Source of the DNA: Octopus sinensis | Taxonomy: Eukaryota | DNA length: 16,394 bases | Direction of reading: 5' to 3' | NCBI RefSeq assembly: GCF_006345805.1 | Contig: NW_021825169.1 | Location: forward strand, 1 to 16,394 | Shown: positions 9,122 to 16,394 of the stretch, piece after piece | How the letters are laid out: each line of letters begins with the position of its first letter | How positions within the stretch are numbered: the stretch's first letter is position 1 | Translations under genes and position numbers: made by a program | The notes under the pieces: model-generated | Seen by the model: the letters and a program-made list of their open reading frames with translations, nothing else | The model's database searches: none | What the model was told of the DNA's origin: nothing

Positions 9122-9532
9122 CTCTTTACTCTTTACTCATTTACTTGTTTCAGTCATGTGACTGTGGCCATGCTGAAGCACCGCCTTTAGTCGATCAAAT
9201 CGACCCCAGGACTTATTCTTTGTAAGCCTAGTACTTATTCTATCGGTCTCTTTTTGCCGAACCGCTAAGTTACGGAGACGTATACACACCAGCATCGGTT
9301 GTCAAGCGATGTTGAGGGGACAAACACAGACACACAAACACACACACACACACACACACACATACATATATATATATACATATATACGACGGGCTTCTTT
9401 GAGTTTCGGTCTACCACATCCACTCACAAGGCTTTGGTCGGCCCGAGGCTATAGTAGAAGACACTTGCCCAAGGTGCCACGCTCTGGGACTGAACTCGGA
9501 ACCATGTGGTTGGTGAGCAAGCTACTTACCAC
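9122..9532 (-). mobile_element. tRNA-derived SINE with CORE-like box and internal CA/TA microsatellite, slightly 5'-truncated
   Basis: Minus strand: GGTAAGTAGC...GAGTTCAGTCCC (B-box-like), CCTTGGGCAAGTGTCTT (CORE-like), and a tail of AGTAAAG-type repeats at ~9122-9146. Confidence 0.8.
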
Positions 9533-9921
9533 GTTTACAATTTTTCGCTGCATCTTCTTCATTTTCAAATATGGCTGCCACTGTCCCGTATTCCTTTCCT
9601 CTATCGACGAAGATTATTTTCTCTTCGATGCTGCTCATGATTAGTTTTTCTATTTCCTCCTCTGGAGTTCTCTCCACTCTTCTATTCTCGTTCGAAAAAG
9701 TTCGAAAAATTACAGTTTTCTTCTCAATTTTCTTCATCTCTTCTTCAAGCATAACTAGTCTTACTTGTGTTTCTCTAGCGTCCACCATACTGCTGTACTT
9801 CTTCAATTTCTTTACATCCCATTTTATGTATTCCTGCTTCAGTCCGAGTGTATTCTTAGCTTCCCGCGTTCCCGCAGCCTCTGCATACGTCTTCATCTGC
9901 TTTCTTCATCCTGCCCAACAT
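9533..9921 (-). pseudogene. Probable LINE ORF1 N-terminal fragment
   Basis: KTYAEAA motif, K/E-rich helical segment, then an RRM-like pattern (TVIFRTF...IIFVDRGKEYGTVAAIFENEEDA); cut off by the SINE at ~9532; a GCCGCCATG start at 9921 is one base out of frame. Confidence 0.5.
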
Positions 9922-10115
9922 GGCGGCTTCGCATCGAGTCGGCCTCACTTTCAAAAAACACAGAAAAGTGACAATCACCAGCTAGGGATGAGAACTGATT
10001 CCAAACGCAGAATACTATATGCATTTTCCAGTGACAAACCGTCGCTGATCTTGAAAAAGGAGAGACAAGCAATAATAAATTTCTGTATGTAAACAGTAGC
10101 AGCATGACATCGTGA

Positions 10116-10693
10116 AGTATATTTGCCACCTAAATGTGGCTGACCCATATGGGACGATGCTACTGATGTTGTTTATAGCCCCAGGAAGACATCTCCTCCG
10201 GCTGGATCTTTTCGGTTTGAACGGCAATTTTTTCTACCGGTGTCATATGAAATTGTCACCCACAATTATGACCCTAGTATCGATCTATTGCATTTTAATG
10301 TTTTAGGGTTAGGGTTAGGGGTGGGGGGAAGGGTATCTTTTTTCTTCACAAATGTAAATAAACCCAATCTGTTTCTTAAACGAGGGGCATATTCATACAA
10401 CAGAGAATGTTTTTTTTACCTCAATGGACGTCATTGATTGGTTGAAATTGCAGAAATTGATGAAAAAACCAACAAATATCTTACAAACTATAGAATTTTC
10501 TCAATAAAGCCAAGAGAAAAAGATGTTTTATAAACACATTCTACCAGTATATGAAGTTTAAAATTTTTTAGTTACCTAGAAATTATGTTAAAATCTGCCA
10601 TTCAAACCGAAAAGATCCCCTCCAGCTAGCTAACGACACACTGTCCGTGTTCGATCAGTATTAGCGAAGGGAAATCATCGTTTCCATCTCTAG
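10116..10693. repeat. ~154-bp dispersed repeat, copy 2, split by a MITE
   Basis: 10116-10203 plus 10628-10693 align with 8300-8453. Confidence 0.9.
10204..10618. mobile_element. 415-bp MITE, Mutator-like by TSD length
   Basis: 23-bp TIRs GGATCTTTTCGGTTTGAA(C/T)GGCA (10204-26, 10596-618); 9-bp TSD CCTCCGGCT (10195-203) / CCTCCAGCT (10619-27); empty site preserved at ~8379-8387; no ORF. Confidence 0.9.
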
Positions 10694-10807
10694 ACAGATC
10701 AATGGACAGATCGATTGACAGCCGGACATAAACACAAGTTTTTAAATCTCTCTATAGCATACTGACAGAAACTTCTTAAATTCATTTTCATTTTCTGTTT
10801 ATTCATG

Positions 10808-11010
10808 CTTCTTCTTCTTCTTCTTCTTCTTCTTCTTCTCTTCTTCTTCTTCTTGCTGCTTCTTCTTCTTCTTCTTCTTCTTCTTCTTCTTCTTCTTCTT
10901 CTCCTTCTTTTCTCCTCCTCCTCTTCCTCCACCATCATGATCATCATCATGATCATCGTCATCATCATTATCGTCGTCGTCATCATCATCATCATCAGCG
11001 TCATCATCAG

Positions 11011-11044
<34 letters not shown>

Positions 11045-11051
11045 GTCGTCG

Positions 11052-11100
<49 letters not shown>

Positions 11101-11163
11101 TATCAGCGTCATCATGATCATGATCATAATCATCATGTGGTCCATGTCATCGTCATAATCATC
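10808..11163. repeat. Compound (CTT)n then (CAT)n trinucleotide microsatellite
   Basis: Directly visible; the source of the poly-Met/Arg and poly-Leu/Ile ORFs. Confidence 0.97.
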
Positions 11164-11939
11164 ACCAATATTATTACAAATTCAGTTATGCTTAGCTTCC
11201 CTTAATAAAATAAGTTGCAAACTCCAGCAACAATCTTCATTAAATTATTTAAGGACAACACTGAACTAAAAGAACGATCAAAAATGATAGAATTCTAAGA
11301 TCTCTCTGGAAGCATTCATTGTCTTTACAATTATGCACTCTTGAATTCAAAAAACGCAAAGTGCAGAGCAATTTACTTTGTAATGATAAAACGTTTGTGC
11401 TTATACAATTGTTAATCCTCTGAAGCTTATGCTTAAATAGACATTTTTTTCATATATACACAAATTTAAATATGTATACATATGACTGCTACGCTGTTTT
11501 GTATAGTTAATCTCTACCACCCAAAGTCACATGCTAAAATATACATTCACGGATATATATGTTCATGCAAACATAAATACACATACTCTTTCGCACATAC
11601 ATATAGGCATGCATAAATACATACGTGCTTACATAAATACAAAAGCAGAGACATACACAGAAAAATATGTTAGATAAACACGTAATATAGAATTTGGAAA
11701 TAATAGAGCTGTAAATATATTATAAATACGTTATTTACATAACAATAATAACAATAGCAATAAAATTGTAACATCAAAAGTAGAAATAGAAATGGTGATG
11801 CTGACGACAGGATATATATATATCTTCACTCACATACACACACACATACACATATATATTCACATATATATGAATATACGCACATACACATATACATATA
11901 TGTGCGTGTGTGTATGTGTATATATATATATATATATAT

Positions 11940-12437
11940 GGTGGCTGCCCCCTCGTTATCGAGTATGGCCATTGCACGAAGCTTGATCAATGTTCTTATC
12001 GTGCAATGCCTGTGAAAGAAGATCTTTTTTTTAAAGTGAGGGAAGGCTGTGCACTGAGTCAATCCCACTCACTAAGCATCAGCAGCCATAATCCGAAAAG
12101 AAGAACAAGTCAAGATCATCGGTAACCACTGAGCCGCAGGTTTTATGTCGGAGTTATCCCAGTTACCTGAGTTACCTTCTCCTAGAAGGATGCCCTAACA
12201 AAGGCTAGGAGTCCTTCACTCCCAATGGTTTAACCGCGCGATCGGGTATTCAGTCCGATTATTTCTATGTCCCGGCGCATGATACAGCCTTAAGACATTT
12301 ATTGGATGGCTGTTGATTCTCAAGAGTTCCTCCGCCCTTTGACGGATTTTGTTTTTCATCCCGCAGGCTGTCCAATAAACACCCTCCTCACCAAGCAAGC
12401 TTGGTGGGGTTGCCGGTTTAGTCGCCGACGACCCGCC
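11940..12437 (-). mobile_element. Non-coding retroelement, RTE-like UTR sequence, flanked by (TA)n
   Basis: GC-richer ~500-bp island with (TA)n on both sides; minus-strand CTAGGAGAAGGTAACTC...AAACC resembles motifs recalled from RTE-clade 5' UTRs; its first ~107 bp recur at 12611-12718. Confidence 0.5.
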
Positions 12438-12550
<113 letters not shown>

Positions 12551-12580
12551 TCACACAAACAGCACACACATATGTACACA

Positions 12581-12724
12581 TGAATGAATGACCGTTCACT
12601 GCTCATAAAGTCCTCCGCCCTTTGACGGGTCTTATTTCTCATCCCGCAGGGCGTACAACAATCACCCGCCTCACCAACCAAGCTCGGTGGGGGTTGCCAG
12701 TTCAATCGCCGACGACCCAACCAT
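12581..12724 (-). mobile_element. Short diverged relative of the 11940-12437 element with a different tail
   Basis: 12611-12718 aligns with 12328-12434; on the minus strand it then ends in ...GAACGGTCATTCATTCA. Confidence 0.55.
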
Positions 12725-13037
12725 ATGACAGGTTGTTTAGAGTTACATATTACAGAATTACATATTAAGTATTTTGTAAATTACTCTGTACTATATTTAC
12801 ATAATAAATTCTGGATAAAATATTAATTGATGCCAGAAGTTTTGTGTTCATTATTTGTTTTGATGTATATCGACCTGCTCAATGATGAACCACTTCTAGC
12901 CAGCATTGGTAGGCTATTTCAGTTCTATATTTTTCAGTTGCAGTTTAAGCCGGATTTTTGATGGTAAACCAAACTAAGCACTCATAGTACATACCTACTG
13001 CATTACGTCAATTGACGAAATCTTTTAGTTAAAAGCG

Positions 13038-13048
<11 letters not shown>

Positions 13049-13112
<64 letters not shown>

Positions 13113-13272
13113 CACATACATATATATTATGTATATACATATGTAACTATATACAATCACACGTATACAGCTAAATACGTGTATGTATGTGCATATATAC
13201 ATATATTGTATGTATATATATATGTGTGTGTGTGTCTGTGTGTGTCTCTATATGTATGTATGACGTGGTCTA

Positions 13273-13324
<52 letters not shown>

Positions 13325-13520
13325 AAGACAACAATACCAGTGAATGAATAACCGAATGAAAAAGAAAGAAAAGCGAAACACAGAAAACTCAGAAAGAGAT
13401 TGTAGAGAGACACACACACACACACACACACATACACATACACACACACTCTCCCTTTCTCACACACACACACACACACACACACAGCACACATATTCAC
13501 ACACACACCATCGATAGACA
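13049..13520. repeat. Compound (TA)n/(TG)n/(GA)n/(CA)n microsatellites
   Basis: Directly visible. Confidence 0.95.
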
Positions 13521-14058
13521 CTCCGAAAACATAAATCTATCCATCTCTCCTTTTTCCTGTCTCTTCCCTTCTCTGTCACGCACTATAAATCCTTTTACAC
13601 ATTACATTTTGCCTTCAATTGTATCTCCCATTCTGCACACTAAAATCTATATTTTCACCCTAATTCTATAACTTTATTCAAAACCTCCCCTTCTCCATCT
13701 TTTTATTATTCATTATTATTATTATTATTATTCTAAAAGAACATTCTTGCTTTATAAATTCCACCATACGCGCCAACCTCTCTCTCTCTCCATCACTATC
13801 TCTCTCTTTTTCTCTCTCTCATTCTCTTTCTGCCTGTTTAGTTCTCAATACGTTTATCTCTTTCTGTCTTTCCTTTAAATTCTTCCTCTCCTTCCTCTTC
13901 TCCTTCCCCTCTTTCTCCTCATTTAGTCTCTATTTGTCTTCTCTTTTATACACTGAATATTTTTGCCAATCGGCTTTACAATGTACTTCTGTCTTCTGTG
14001 CATCACCACCGTTTTAATCACGAAGAGATTCTGTGTGCCTTTTGTACGGCGTGTTTAG

Positions 14059-14085
14059 TGTATATATATATATATATGCCATATC

Positions 14086-14140
<55 letters not shown>

Positions 14141-14254
14141 TATATATATATACATATATACACATATACATATATATATATATATATATATTATATACAT
14201 ATATGTATATTTATATTCATACATATACATATACATTTACACACAAACATTATA

Positions 14255-14293
<39 letters not shown>

Positions 14294-14650
14294 TATATAT
14301 ATATGCGTATATATTAACACACAAATATCTAGGCATTCTCGTACATTCCTGCACACGCTAAAACAGGCACATATCTATGCCCACCAGTACATATAATCAA
14401 ATATATATACTTATATATCTATATATGTATATGTATATATAGTATGTATGTATGTATGTATGTAATATTATTTATGTATATATATATATGTATATATATG
14501 TACATGTATAATATATATGTATATATACACACAGATATATATATATATGTATGTATATATATATATGTATGTGTTATATGTATCTATATAATATATATAT
14601 ATATGTATATATATATGATATATATAATTATACATATATATATATATATG
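14059..14650. repeat. Degenerate (TA)n-rich microsatellite
   Basis: Directly visible. Confidence 0.95.
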
Positions 14651-14965
14651 ATACAGAACACATGTCTGTGTTCGAGTCTAATCGATTTTACTAAAGCTTC
14701 TTCATATTTCTCATTTGTCCTTTATGTTTAATATGATACAATAACATTGCTAAGTCCATTTACTTTTCAATACTTTCTCGGCCTCATCTTCTGAATGTAG
14801 TGATGATAGCGGCGCATTGTGGATGCATTGTATTGTAGGCAGCGAGGTATGAAGGGAATGGTGCTGTAATTGATAACGCCGTTATTGACGATTTAAAATT
14901 GTTCACACTTGGTTATTTAAATATTCTATTTCACATCAATTGTGCACAACTGCTTGTCTGTCTGT

Positions 14966-15065
<100 letters not shown>

Positions 15066-15273
15066 TTGTGATAACGATCCCTATTGATCGATTTTTTCTT
15101 TTTCCTTCTATTTCTATTCTTCACCCCTTTTTTTGCTTTTTGCTTTCCTCTTTCTTTCAATTTACGATCCCTTTTGATCAAAAACCAGCCCTCCTTTTTA
15201 TCCGCCAAAAGAAAAGCTCTACCTTGTAATTTGTCCCGTCTGTGAGCAGTCCTGTGTGGCTAATAAAGAAACA
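15066..15273 (+). mobile_element. L1/Tx1-clade copy 1 (3' UTR only)
   Basis: Shares its 3' end (AAAAGAAAAGCTCTAC...TGTAATTTGTCCC...CCTGTGTGGCTAATAAAGAAAC) with copy 2; AATAAA at 15262-67. Confidence 0.85.
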
Positions 15274-15378
<105 letters not shown>

Positions 15379-15891
15379 CATCATACTTGTGTCTATGGCG
15401 AAAGAATATATCTGGTGGACGCGTCTGGAAGGATTAGAGACAAACACTTTACTCTCTGGTCAATCTCTCATCAACTTCTTCAAGTATCACTTGAAAAGGA
15501 AAGTGAGTGTAGAGAGGCAAGTTTTGTCTAGCGAATGTTTCAAAAAAAGATGGGTGAATGTAGCAAGGATGGCACGTATGAATGACGAAGCCACCTTGAA
15601 CATAATCCTATGAACCTGGAATAATTTAAAACAGAGTTACTTACTTGCAAATGAATGCGTTAAAATGTGACATTGACCGAGGTTACTGTGGTCTTTACCG
15701 TAGGATTTTTTCCTACCTTATCTGTTTCCCCGTTTACACTTTACATCATGACATTTCTGTGATACACGATCCCTATTGATCCCTTTTGATCGAAAACCTA
15801 CATCCACCTTTCTTTTTCTCCCCCAAAAGAAAAGCTCTACTTTGTAATTTGTCCCCTCTGTGTTCAGCCCTGTGTGGCTAATAAAGAAACG
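15379..15891 (+). mobile_element. L1/Tx1-clade copy 2 (ORF2 C-terminus plus 3' UTR)
   Basis: ILVSMAKEYIWWTR...FKKRWVNV...NIIL* ending at 15613; AATAAA at 15880-85. Confidence 0.85.
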
Positions 15892-15981
<90 letters not shown>

Positions 15982-16003
15982 CTACCTACCTATCTATCTA
16001 TCT
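15892..16003. repeat. (ATCT)n array 3, with ACCT variants
   Basis: Tetranucleotide run with an interruption at ~15981-15990. Confidence 0.97.
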
Positions 16004-16394
16004 GGCGCTTGTCATCGAGAACTGGTCGACAAGGCGCAAACATGCGCCGTGCCAGGCCGGACCATCCATGACAACCTCCATCTGATGCGCTACATCATAG
16101 ACAGGTAGTTTAACGAACCTGGCTTGGGTGGGGCCCTGATCAACTTGGATCAATCAAAAGCCTTTGATAGGGTAGACCATCGATACTTGGAGGCAGTCCT
16201 GAGAGCGGCTGGTTTCGGTCCCGTCTTCCGCGGCTGGATGCTGCCTTGTACAGAGGCATCCGTTCGGTAATTCGCGTAAATGGACATCTATCGAGACCTT
16301 TCGACATTGCACGTTCGGTCCGTCAGGGATGCCCCTCTCGGCGCTTCTATACGTATTGACTCTTGAGCCACTACTGCGAAGCTGGCGACTCTAA
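16004..16394 (+). pseudogene. L1/Tx1-clade copy 3, RT domain fragment running off the window
   Basis: QTCAVPGRTIHDNLHLMRYII, LINLDQSKAFDRVDHRYL, VNGHLSRPF, SVRQGCP(L)S, LYVLTLEPLL; one in-frame stop and several 1-nt deletions. Confidence 0.92.

Noticed and set aside
8300-10693. The two ~154-bp repeats as LTRs of one element
   Set aside because: No TG...CA ends, PBS, PPT, TSD or gag/pol between them; about 8% divergence and unrelated interior pieces favour independent copies.
10699-11158. Poly-Met/Glu/Arg and poly-Leu/Ile ORFs
   Set aside because: Translations of (CTT)n/(CAT)n.
12328-12437. HDV-like ribozyme at the head of the RTE-like element
   Set aside because: By hand I could place a P4-like helix followed by CAAA, but no consistent P2, P3/L3 or P1.1 in both copies.

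Overview
Repeat-saturated, AT-rich eukaryotic DNA with no recognisable host gene. It is most likely an octopus (coleoid cephalopod), inferred from the SINE types, microsatellite load and a mitochondrial atp6-trnF fragment. From left to right the window holds: (1) a 4.3-kb Penelope-like retroelement (PLE; degenerate RT plus GIY-YIG, Neptune-like) bracketed by ~410-bp inverted arms that each carry a type I hammerhead ribozyme; (2) two tRNA-derived SINEs and an L1/Tx1 3' fragment; (3) a full-length DD34D mariner with TIRs and TA duplication, whose transposase is interrupted by a ~160-bp mitochondrial insert (atp6 3' end plus half of trnF); (4) a second, unrelated minimal hammerhead (minus strand) next to a ~154-bp repeat that recurs 1.8 kb later, where it is split by a 415-bp MITE with a 9-bp TSD and a TTAGGG/G4 tract; (5) a SINE and a LINE ORF1-like fragment; (6) an RTE-like non-coding element with a diverged partial neighbour; and (7) three differently 5'-truncated L1/Tx1-clade copies stacked in (ATCT)n arrays. 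Most ORFs in the supplied track are microsatellite artefacts. All alignments and folds were done by eye; family names come from recalled motifs, not database searches. Many 1-nt indels may be long-read consensus errors.
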